64,000 nt of DNA from a virus, in IMG/VR virus record IMGVR_UViG_2919367315_000001, positions 46-64,045 of that record. One strand, given 5' to 3'. This document shows positions 1 through 7,983 of this stretch, one piece after another. Under the pieces are notes generated by a model, which saw only the letters and a program-made list of their open reading frames with translations, did no database searches and was not told the DNA's origin. Position 1 is the stretch's first letter. Every line of letters begins with the position of its first letter. The translations under genes and the position numbers were made by a program.

Positions 1-177
1 GGTATTTTAAGTAAACGAAATCCCACTTGGGGATGGCGTGCAAACGAAGCCTGGAAGATCAAAGGTGACTCAGAACCAAGTGATGCTTACATTGATGACA
101 TGAAATTTAGAGGCTCTGTATCGATTCTCTTTGGGTTCTTCTTTTTAACATGTGGACTTTTGGTTATATTCCTGTAA
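1..177 (+). CDS. 3' end of a host membrane protein (DUF6199-like), partial
   Basis: Frame 1 reads GILSKRNPTWGWRANEAWKIKGDSEPSDAY...GLLVIFL* (TAA 175-177); resembles the DUF6199 C-terminus. Confidence 0.55.
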   Translation, partial: GILSKRNPTWGWRANEAWKIKGDSEPSDAYIDDMKFRGSVSILFGFFFLTCGLLVIFL

Positions 178-205
178 GTTCTACTATCTGTTTTCAATCC
201 TCAAA

Positions 206-391
206 TTACCCACATCCATAAGGCACTTGCTGTTTGGCGGCGACTCCCAAAATGTCACTGCTCACGTTTTCAAAAACAGAAATCTGTCTCTCATCCATAG
301 CTTCCAGCAAACGAACTTCCTTAATCTTCAAAGACCGACTGCCGCTGTAGTAAGTAGTAAAAATCATTTTTCTCGCATAGTATTTACTCAT
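206..391 (-). pseudogene. Relic fragment homologous to the C-terminus of the prophage HNH protein at 59315-59998
   Basis: GSRSLKIKEVRLLEAMDERQISVF aligns with AGRSLKTKEIRLLESMDTKQMSVF; both loci contain ccgctgtagtaagta. Confidence 0.7.
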
Positions 392-556
392 CTAACCAGC
401 CACCTATAAGGAAGAACAATGTAGAAACTCGACTCGTCACTTTGGAGTGTGAGTAGCTTAGAAGAGCCAGTATACCCGAGTGTAATGACTTCATTTTCTA
501 AGACTTTCAAGGCATCCAACACATATTTGCATTCAACGTTAGTTTGAAATTTTTTC

Positions 557-646
557 ACAGCCGACGTTTATGCACACATCTACAAAAAAATAGAGATGAA
601 TAGCATGGAGAAATATGAGTCTTTTACCGGGAGTCTTCTTCAATAA
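557..646 (+). pseudogene. C-terminal relic of a tyrosine integrase
   Basis: Reads TADVYAHIYKKIEMNSMEKYESFTGSLLQ*; T-x-D-V-Y-A-H is the catalytic-Tyr motif of phage integrases; no intact upstream frame. Confidence 0.7.
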
Positions 647-712
647 TATTTTTTTATGGGGAGATTGTGGGGAGAACTAATTAGTCTCAAATGACGGATG
701 GATTACACACAC

Positions 713-751
713 AAAAAAAAATCCCTCAACGCTTAGAGCGCCAAGGGATTT
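713..751 (-). terminator. Rho-independent terminator after the glnA 3' fragment
   Basis: aaatccct...agggattt stem followed on the minus strand by a U-tract (A-run 713-720). Confidence 0.7.
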
Positions 752-757
752 CCCATT

Positions 758-811
758 TTAGTAAAGAGTTAGATATTGATCACGTTCCCATTGATGCACT
801 TGGGTGCGATA
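758..811 (-). other. glnA: Prophage attachment site: duplicated 3' end of the glutamine synthetase gene
   Basis: Minus strand encodes YRTQVHQWERDQYLTLY*, the typical GlnA type I C-terminus, with no gene body upstream. Confidence 0.85.
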
Positions 812-954
812 TAAGTTTTATGGATCTTTAAATTATCATATAGTACTTTAATAGCGATAAAGCACTTATAACGGATATTTATATTTTCTAAAGAGTCATA
901 TGATATTTTAAGTTTGGGGGCAATTCGGGGGCGGTGTTGGGGGCAGTTACATAG

Positions 955-991
955 AAGGCTTGAAACGTAGCTACATTACGTTTCAAGCCTT
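955..991. repeat. 15-bp perfect inverted repeat near att
   Basis: aaggcttgaaacgta - 7 nt - tacgtttcaagcctt; next to G-rich tracts at 914-944. Confidence 0.8.
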
Positions 992-1462
992 TTAATCTAA
1001 TCGCTAATAGTGAAAACATGTATCGTCGAGGGAGTAAATACCTCAACGTCAACTGGCATCTTTACACAATGAGCTATAACTATTGATTTTATAAATAATC
1101 TTATGTTGTCTTTCTCTAAATCCCAAGGCAGTGTAACTTTATGTTTAGCCATTTTATTAATGCACTCCTTATGTGTTTGTCTTTACTGCCGACAAAATAT
1201 CATGTATACTCGCTGTGAATCATTATCAGTGGGACCCATTTGGCTATCCTGGCAGGGATGCCAACCCACATTTAAACGTCTCTCTTTGGGAGGCGTTTTT
1301 ATCACGTCCTTCCATAATTTTGTTGTCCCTTATAAGCTGAATATTAACATGGCGTAATCGAAAACAATGTCGTTTTGTGTCGGAATTTTCTGAGCTATAC
1401 TAGGGTCAATTTTTCTTGACTTATGGATGACCATATGTTAAAAGCCCGACCAAAGGCCGAGC

Positions 1463-2179
1463 TTAATTGTTTGCGAGATATTCTTTTAACATTCTAAACT
1501 TTGACTGGGATACCGGACAAGTGTAGTCTGATTCTTTAAATTTAATCACGGCGCCAAAACTGTTTTCATTAAATCCGGCCACCTTATTTAAATTTATAAA
1601 ATGACTTGGCGTAGCAGGAAAGAGATATGGAAATGCTTCCTTGCAGTCCCTAAATGTCAGAACTACCTCACCATAGCTATTTTTGAAATGAAAACGAGGT
1701 ACATGATAATTTCGTTTTGGAGAACACAAATCAACGAAACAGATATCTTTAGCCGGATAAAGGCTAGGTTGCAAATTAATAGTTCCTAAAATAAAACGTG
1801 AGTCATTTGGACGTTTCTTAGCAGCTTGTATTGTATCAGGCAAGAGTGCTGAATTAAGCTTATTAACGCTAGTGTAGATGTCTGTTTCACCAAAATAAAC
1901 CTTCCCGCCATAACTCCCTATTTCTACTTTGGAAACATTTTTTAGATTAACCAAATTTCCTGTATCCAAAGAAAAAAAATCGGGAAATCCATTTGTGAAT
2001 TCCCCTAGAGTTGTGGGAGTTGTATGGTTGCCGTTTGTAGTTATAAAGAACGGTATTTCATAATTGGCTTTCGGTTTCCACTTTTCTATAGCTATAAGAT
2101 CACTTTCAAAAAATGAAAACCTGTCTCCCATTTGTCCATTCGCCGTAATCATAGGTGCAAAAATCTCTCTGTTGTACAT
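1463..2179 (-). CDS. Tandem-LytTR-domain DNA-binding protein without a receiver domain
   Basis: Two LytTR-like repeats (FFSLDTGNLVNLKNV; LFPATPSHFINLNKV); last gene of the agr-like operon. Confidence 0.75.
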   Translation of the reverse strand: MYNREIFAPMITANGQMGDRFSFFESDLIAIEKWKPKANYEIPFFITTNGNHTTPTTLGEFTNGFPDFFSLDTGNLVNLKNVSKVEIGSYGGKVYFGETDIYTSVNKLNSALLPDTIQAAKKRPNDSRFILGTINLQPSLYPAKDICFVDLCSPKRNYHVPRFHFKNSYGEVVLTFRDCKEAFPYLFPATPSHFINLNKVAGFNENSFGAVIKFKESDYTCPVSQSKFRMLKEYLANN

Positions 2180-2189
2180 AGCAGTTCAA

Positions 2190-2309
2190 TCATTTCTTTA
2201 GTTCTTTTGGGGTTGGCATTGCCCCGATTATTGTCTTCTCTTTTTTGGATGCTTTTTCAGCATCTTTTGTTAAACGGTTCGCTACAAAACGTGCAATCTT
2301 TTTTTTCAT
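2190..2309 (-). CDS. agrD: AgrD-like autoinducer precursor peptide, 39 aa (not in ORF track)
   Basis: MKKKIARFVANRLTKDAEKASKKEKTIIGAMPTPKELKK*; RBS gaggtga; directly after agrB; ends in AgrD-like P-x-P-K-E-L. Confidence 0.75.
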   Translation of the reverse strand: MKKKIARFVANRLTKDAEKASKKEKTIIGAMPTPKELKK

Positions 2310-2311
2310 TC

Positions 2312-2827
2312 TTACTCACCTCCCTTCTGTGGTAAAAGCAGAATGGCCTGAGCAGAGAAAGAAAGAGCAACAACAGGGGATTGGATTATAAAATTTGTTA
2401 GTACAATTGCTATGGAAATCCATTTTAAATACGGATCTAATTCCGAAGGATTAAGGTCCACAGACTTGCGAGGGGCCACGCAAAGGACGATTGCTGCTGT
2501 TATAGTCGTAAGCAACATCACGCCATCATGGCTTAATTGTATCAAGGGTATACTCGCAAATAGTGCAGCAGAAAATATAGCACAAACTGTTAAAGACTTA
2601 AAATGCAGCCCCCCGGAGAACTTTCTAAGAACTACAAAAGAGAAAAAGGCTAAAAGGGCATTTAAAACATCACCAAGTATCCATCCAAACAGGATCGTTA
2701 GAATTAACCCCGAATACCAATTAAGCTTAATGCCTATTGCGTAGGTTAATACCTCTACACTTCCGGGTCCGTCTGGATCAGCTTTTTTTATTGCGGTTGC
2801 GATGCGCTTCGAGAGCTTTTCTAGCAT
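2312..2827 (-). CDS. agrB: Accessory gene regulator B family peptidase
   Basis: LRKFSGGLH motif with Cys at His+7 (HFKSLTVC), as in AgrB catalytic His/Cys; multiple TM helices; likely start MLEKLSKR at 2827. Confidence 0.9.
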   Translation of the reverse strand: MLEKLSKRIATAIKKADPDGPGSVEVLTYAIGIKLNWYSGLILTILFGWILGDVLNALLAFFSFVVLRKFSGGLHFKSLTVCAIFSAALFASIPLIQLSHDGVMLLTTITAAIVLCVAPRKSVDLNPSELDPYLKWISIAIVLTNFIIQSPVVALSFSAQAILLLPQKGGE

Positions 2828-3491
2828 CTTCTTGATCCTCCTTCCGCGACAGAAAGTAAGAGATGCCAAAAGTGCTTGCCGACATAAGCAACAAAACAAA
2901 CGGATTGAGTTGGTATAAAAGCACCTCCGCTACGCAAATGGTAACGGCAGATAAGAGCGCACTAACTGCCACTGATCTATTGTCTTTTGAAAAATAACTC
3001 TCGCGTCTATTATCGTGGGGGGGCGCAACGATGAACGAAAATCCAGCATTATAAATTTTGAGAATAAACGATACAGCAAAACAAAGCGTTATGTATGTCA
3101 CTTGTAGGATATAGACCTGTAAAGTTGTGTTTTGCTGTAAAACTCCAGTCTGCATAATTCCTAAAAAGTTATAAAGGTAATAAACACCGACCTGTATTAT
3201 CGCATATGCACTAATCCCAGCCCCTAGTATAAACGCTGATAAATGTGTTTTAATCCCCAGTCCATAGCGAAAAAACAATATAAAAAGTATATATTGCAGA
3301 GGTAAATCTAGCTTAGGAAGATTAAAAATCACCCTCATAAAAAAAGAAATTATAGCTATCAATATCCCAAAACCAATAAGTCTTTTCCGGCGCTCAGCTA
3401 CTGGCAACATATATAATTTTAAGGAAAATACTATAACCGCAATAGTATCAAAGATACCAATACCAATATATGATAAAATATCTAACACCAT
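2778..3491 (-). CDS. ~7-TM membrane protein resembling an AgrC sensor domain, no kinase domain
   Basis: 237 aa, almost all hydrophobic helices; no H-box or GHKL motifs; first gene of the operon. Confidence 0.65.
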   Translation of the reverse strand: MVLDILSYIGIGIFDTIAVIVFSLKLYMLPVAERRKRLIGFGILIAIISFFMRVIFNLPKLDLPLQYILFILFFRYGLGIKTHLSAFILGAGISAYAIIQVGVYYLYNFLGIMQTGVLQQNTTLQVYILQVTYITLCFAVSFILKIYNAGFSFIVAPPHDNRRESYFSKDNRSVAVSALLSAVTICVAEVLLYQLNPFVLLLMSASTFGISYFLSRKEDQEDARKALEAHRNRNKKS

Positions 3492-3519
3492 ACACCACCC
3501 TACTGATTAATATATTCTT

Positions 3520-3547
3520 ATTATAAGACGGTGTATGGTATAAGCAA
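3520..3547 (-). promoter_or_regulatory. Putative sigma-A promoter of the agr-like operon
   Basis: Minus strand TTGCTT - 16 nt - TATAAT, ~30 bp upstream of the start codon. Confidence 0.5.
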
Positions 3548-3629
3548 GAGATTTTACAAATTTACGGATATTATGTCCACCAGCTTAATCCAACTGAAAC
3601 CATCTCGTTGAAACTCACTCTTTACATGT

Positions 3630-3890
3630 TTATTGCTCTAAAATCCATTGTTCTAAGAACGCCCTTGTTTCACGGGCTGGAAAATACCACTTACCTCCTA
3701 TCTTCCTTTTAATAAACCTAGGATCATAAAAAAATGCCCCCATTATTGTATTCCAACTCATACAAGTTCTCTTCTTTAACTCTTTCGTATCCCAAAATAC
3801 ATATTCAGCATCTACCACTTTTACAAGCTCTACTATTTTCTCTTGAATAAGCTTCTTTGCTTCAATCTCATCTACGCTAATTTTAATCAT
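3630..3890 (-). CDS. Small excisionase-like winged-helix protein ('group-specific protein')
   Basis: WDTKELKKRTCMSWNTI...RKIGGKWYFP pattern of MerR/Xis-like HTH. Confidence 0.55.
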   Translation of the reverse strand: MIKISVDEIEAKKLIQEKIVELVKVVDAEYVFWDTKELKKRTCMSWNTIMGAFFYDPRFIKRKIGGKWYFPARETRAFLEQWILEQ

Positions 3891-4034
3891 ATTCTTTTGT
3901 CCCTTTCAAAGTTATTAATCCTTAAACCCCTTCAATAGCTCTTTATTTGCCTACGAAGAAATACAATTTCCTATTATACCCAAATAACAATATATAAAGC
4001 CAGATTATATATCTGGCTAAAGTTGAAATATGAA

Positions 4035-4874
4035 TTATTTTTTCTTTGTTTTTTTCTGTTTTTTTTCACTTATAATTTCAATGAATTCGATTTTGCTTTT
4101 ATCCACTAAATATTCTCGAATTTCATTTTTTTCTTCATCTTCTATCATAAAATGAATAGTATTTTTCGAAGTCGTATTTTTTATACTAACATTGCTAAAA
4201 ACTTCTCCAGATAACTTCACATTTATTTTATGATTTTGTGCATAAAATTTTCCGAGCATTTTGAAGGCTGGTTGTAAGTAAAGTCGTACTGATAGATACA
4301 TTATTGTTGCCATCACTATAAATGCATAAAAAAATGGAGGGCTACTCTTATAGATTTTTAGAGAAAAATCAGGTAGATTTATTGAATAAAGATGAAAAGT
4401 TTCGCTCACTTTAAAGGCCATAGTTTTTATAGAAAATGTTAAAAATATAAAGATTAATACCAAGTGTAATAATGATAGGAGAAACTGATAATATTTTATT
4501 TTATCTGGTATTCCGGTAGTGAACTTAAAAATTTTAAATATTTTAATGAAATATTTATTTATTGTTAGTTGAATTTTTGAAGTGGGGAATTCCAGTTGCG
4601 TTAAAATCATAATAGTAGTAAAAAGAAAAATAAAATAAAGATACCATAATGAATATTCTCTAACCCCGCCACGGCTTACTACTACGAAGAAGATGACCAA
4701 GGCATATATGCCGATCTCCTTAAATAATATTCTTATGGTTCTAAAAATATTAGTTTCAAATTGTTTTTCAAGAGGTGAAGATCTAAAAAAAGCTATTACA
4801 TACATAGACAATACAATAAAGGTTATGATTTTATACGCGCCTAAAAAAGGGGCAGATATTTTCAGTAGTTCCAA
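4035..4874 (-). CDS. Multi-pass membrane protein, unknown function
   Basis: 279-aa AT-rich ORF with ~5-6 hydrophobic helices. Confidence 0.7.
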   Translation of the reverse strand: MELLKISAPFLGAYKIITFIVLSMYVIAFFRSSPLEKQFETNIFRTIRILFKEIGIYALVIFFVVVSRGGVREYSLWYLYFIFLFTTIMILTQLEFPTSKIQLTINKYFIKIFKIFKFTTGIPDKIKYYQFLLSLLHLVLIFIFLTFSIKTMAFKVSETFHLYSINLPDFSLKIYKSSPPFFYAFIVMATIMYLSVRLYLQPAFKMLGKFYAQNHKINVKLSGEVFSNVSIKNTTSKNTIHFMIEDEEKNEIREYLVDKSKIEFIEIISEKKQKKTKKK

Positions 4875-4898
4875 TTCACTCTCTCCAGTTCAAAAAAG

Positions 4899-5966
4899 TT
4901 ATCTCTCACAAGCTACTCCATCTCCATCACGATCCAGTTTCCTACTGTAACCTGGTTCACCTTCGTAAATTGGATCAGCGCCAGCAGCACGAACTGCAGA
5001 GCAGTTTTTATAATATACATTGCTTGATGATTCTCTTGGTTTTGAATAAAATTTAACTACTTCTTCTTTAGGAGTAGCAACTTTAGGATTAGACTCTTTC
5101 GCGTTAGAATCATTTTTTGGTGAATCAGCCTTAGTCGTTACCTTTCGAGTTGTCTTCTGATTGAATCCATCTTCTTGTGCATAGTTTTCAATACTCCAGA
5201 TACCTGTTCCACTTTTTTGAGCAGTGGCTTGAATCTCCTTGAATTGATCGACATATTTAACGTTTGGAGGATTTATGTAGGCCACCCGAGCATATCCTTT
5301 CTCGATCAACATTTCATTTAACATCTTATCTCCAACCCATACATATCCAAGTAGACGACCATACTTATCTCGTTCTGAAACATCAAGCTCTAGGGAAAGA
5401 TTACCTTGCTTTAATTGCTTCAATGTAAAAGCAGAAGCTTCTTTTGCAAACGGTTGAACTGGTGTACCCTGTTTAACGCTTTCTGGTGTATCTACTAGGA
5501 GTAATCGAATCTTTTCCTCTTTCCCCTGAACCGTTGCTTTAAATGTATCTCCATCTGTTCCAGCTATTAAGGTTATTGGAATACGCTTTGGTTGTTCAGG
5601 AGCTGTCTCTTCGTTAGATGCTGAGGTAGAAACAACTTTTGAAGTTTGCTCGGGTTTTGCTGTAGTAGGTACCACAGAAGTTTGTTCTACTTTAGCTGGG
5701 ACAGCTGGTGCTTTATTCGCTAAATCCTGCTGCTTAACATTAGACAGATTGCCGATGAACGCTAGAAAGAAAATTCCGGCAAGTGAAAATAAAACTATGG
5801 CTAATTTACTTTTTTGATTTGCTCTCTTAGCATTCTGATATTTTTTATATCCCCAGTAACCAAGCCCTCCTGCGATAATAAGCAATCCTAAATACTTAAT
5901 AATCGCCACAGCTATAATCACTGCAAAGATAATTCCTATGATCTTTCCCTTTCCATTACTTCTCAT
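4899..5966 (-). CDS. Membrane-anchored thermonuclease (SNase) with C-terminal Excalibur Ca-binding domain
   Basis: DGDTF...IRLLLVDTPE...DKYGRLLGYV SNase motifs; YYKNCSAVRAAG...YSRKLDRDGDGVACE Excalibur motif. Confidence 0.9.
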   Translation of the reverse strand: MRSNGKGKIIGIIFAVIIAVAIIKYLGLLIIAGGLGYWGYKKYQNAKRANQKSKLAIVLFSLAGIFFLAFIGNLSNVKQQDLANKAPAVPAKVEQTSVVPTTAKPEQTSKVVSTSASNEETAPEQPKRIPITLIAGTDGDTFKATVQGKEEKIRLLLVDTPESVKQGTPVQPFAKEASAFTLKQLKQGNLSLELDVSERDKYGRLLGYVWVGDKMLNEMLIEKGYARVAYINPPNVKYVDQFKEIQATAQKSGTGIWSIENYAQEDGFNQKTTRKVTTKADSPKNDSNAKESNPKVATPKEEVVKFYSKPRESSSNVYYKNCSAVRAAGADPIYEGEPGYSRKLDRDGDGVACER

Positions 5967-6078
5967 GATATCCTCCTAGGTATTTAGTTCTAGGATAAAT
6001 ATACCATGAACATTTTCCAATATATATACTTTTATTACAAAAATCGCACGAATATTGGCTATTCTCTAGATTTATCTG

Positions 6079-6414
6079 CTAAATACTTGCTGAAATGATA
6101 TCCTCCAACTTGATCCAACTATAATCATCTTCACCACGAAACAGTTTTACTTCCCTGCGAGCAGTATTTATAGACGTGATTACACCTGTGAGTTCTTCGT
6201 CATCGAACGGACTAAAAACCACTATCGATATAGGTTGACGTGTGTTGTAAGAGATTATGAGCACCTGCTCAATTAGCTGCACTTCTTGATCATCAAGTTC
6301 AGGTTTACCACGCCGTTGGCGATCTTTCATAAGCTTTAGGTATGCTTCCTTATGTTCAGGGATGATTATCCGACTGCTTTCCCATAATCCATTGCCCTCA
6401 AGTTTCTTTCCCAT
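6079..6414 (-). CDS. yolD: YolD-like protein
   Basis: GNGLWESSRIIIPEHKEAY...GKPELDDQEV typical of the YolD family. Confidence 0.85.
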   Translation of the reverse strand: MGKKLEGNGLWESSRIIIPEHKEAYLKLMKDRQRRGKPELDDQEVQLIEQVLIISYNTRQPISIVVFSPFDDEELTGVITSINTARREVKLFRGEDDYSWIKLEDIISASI

Positions 6415-6453
6415 GTATACAGCCTCCTGATGTGTTATGTAGAAATTATATTC

Positions 6454-6467
6454 CGAACGTATGTTCT
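6454..6467. promoter_or_regulatory. LexA (DinR/Cheo) SOS box upstream of yolD
   Basis: cGAACgtatGTTCt matches GAAC-N4-GTTC, 40 bp upstream of yolD. Confidence 0.75.
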
Positions 6468-6565
6468 AGACAAGGCTTTTTGTATGCCGAATCCAAAACT
6501 TTTGTCCTAGAAAAATATTCCTAGGTCTGATAGACTATACGAAAATACAAAATCAGGGGGATAAT

Positions 6566-7165
6566 ATGAAAATTGTAACAGGCATATTGGTGGCTGCCGC
6601 GTTTCTAACGCTTGCAGCTTGCTCGCCTAAACAAACTGCCACAACAAATGACACCAAACCAGCTACTACGCCAACGAATACTGCCGAACCAGCAGCACCA
6701 TTGGAACAAAAGCAAGAAGATACGGTTACACCTATTAAAAAGGGCGAGACACTTACAATACAAGATTTCGCTGATATAACAGTAACGGGAAATAAGATTT
6801 CGAAAAAAATCGAACCCTCTAAACCGGGAGACTTCCACACACTATACGAATCCAAAGAAACAGACTCCACCTTTTTTGCTCTAATCATTAAAGCCAAAAA
6901 TCTTGGGGCAGAAGGAATTAAAGCGGATAAAATAGCGGAAGTAAACCTGAAATTCGATAACAAATATGATTATGATACATTCAGTACTATTGAGGAACGT
7001 GGTGGTGAAGACTTTACTTACACCAACATAACCAGCGTAGACCCACTTAAAACGGGAACACTGTACTATCTTTCAGAGATACCCAATGAGGTGGCTAAAA
7101 GTGATAAACCATTAAAAGCAGAGATAAAGATTCAGGATAAAGTTTACGAATATACGATCAGATAA
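6566..7165 (+). CDS. Lipoprotein of unknown function
   Basis: Lipobox LAAC; own terminator at ~7165-7195. Confidence 0.8.
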   Translation: MKIVTGILVAAAFLTLAACSPKQTATTNDTKPATTPTNTAEPAAPLEQKQEDTVTPIKKGETLTIQDFADITVTGNKISKKIEPSKPGDFHTLYESKETDSTFFALIIKAKNLGAEGIKADKIAEVNLKFDNKYDYDTFSTIEERGGEDFTYTNITSVDPLKTGTLYYLSEIPNEVAKSDKPLKAEIKIQDKVYEYTIR

Positions 7166-7269
7166 AAAACAACCCCGGAGCAATCCGGGGTTTTAATATT
7201 TCTATAACCATTATGACTATTGTCAACAGAGGTAATTCCATTGCCTGTATAAAATGAATATGATAACAT

Positions 7270-7395
7270 AAGAATAGAAAAGGGGAACGGCTACCACCGC
7301 TCCCCTGTACGACTTACCGCTATAAGAGCGGTCAGCAATTGAGGTTTGATCCAGAAATAGACCGGTTCCTCACCAGGGCGGTCTATTTCCTTTTA
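7270..7395 (+). ncRNA. Putative antisense antitoxin RNA of a type I toxin-antitoxin locus (boundaries approximate)
   Basis: Promoter-like ttgcct...tatgat at ~7241-7265; terminator aaatagacc...ggtctattt overlapping the toxin stop; convergent to the toxin gene. Confidence 0.5.
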
Positions 7396-7466
7396 TGGAA
7401 AGAAAGTATCAGGATCACCAACGTTGCGAATTGAATCATCAACATTAGCGCGTCTTTAACTTCCAT
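7383..7466 (-). CDS. Holin-like type I toxin peptide, 27 aa (not in ORF track)
   Basis: MEVKDALMLMIQFATLVILILSFHKRK*: one TM helix plus basic tail; RBS gggaggtga. Confidence 0.75.
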   Translation of the reverse strand: MEVKDALMLMIQFATLVILILSFHKRK

Positions 7467-7575
7467 GGCATCACCTCCCTTCCGGGAGATTAGCCGACCG
7501 CCCTTTATAGCCGTTTTGTCGCACAATCCAGATTATACCACAAACAAGCCCTAGGTAGGTCCGGAGACTTGCCTT

Positions 7576-7983
7576 CTATTTTTCCATTAATTTATTAAAT
7601 ATCTCTCTATCTTTGGAAGTAAAGTCGTTAATCCGTTTCTTTTGCTCGTACGTGTTGGTACTTGAATCCAATTTAATGAAGCCATTTTCACCAACCACAT
7701 ATACGATATTTTTTTTTATCTTATATGACACAATATTATCAACAGCATTTTCCAGTGGATTAGCAAGATGATTATAAAGTATTAAGGGGTCGTGCGGCCC
7801 CCCTCTAAAAATTTGAAAAGTCCCGTCACCAAAATATTCTACGGTATCTTTGCCTGATGGGTATTTATACTTCGTATTATCTCCAGAACTCACCAGGAAA
7901 ATTAGAGTAGAAGTTGTAACTAGTATAGCAATCAAGATAATGATGTATCTACGCTTCATCTGCAATTCATACCTCACTTCCAA
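7576..7983 (-). CDS. Membrane-anchored hypothetical protein (candidate immunity partner)
   Basis: N-terminal TM helix; overlaps the stop of the upstream gene. Confidence 0.7.
   Translation of the reverse strand: MEVRYELQMKRRYIIILIAILVTTSTLIFLVSSGDNTKYKYPSGKDTVEYFGDGTFQIFRGGPHDPLILYNHLANPLENAVDNIVSYKIKKNIVYVVGENGFIKLDSSTNTYEQKKRINDFTSKDREIFNKLMEK

Noticed and set aside
152-409. 85-aa + strand ORF
   Set aside because: Antisense shadow of the HNH relic and overlaps the upstream gene; no RBS or motif.
998-1357. Short ORFs between att and the LytTR gene (for example MAKHKVTLPWDLEK, minus strand)
   Set aside because: One has an RBS, but there is no recognisable motif; cannot be supported from sequence alone.
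2828-2899. Longer agrB start from the ORF track
   Set aside because: Extension lies inside the upstream gene; MLEKLSKR at 2827 fits AgrB N-termini.
2778-3491. Full AgrC histidine kinase
   Set aside because: No H-box or ATPase domain, and no adjacent frame that could encode one.
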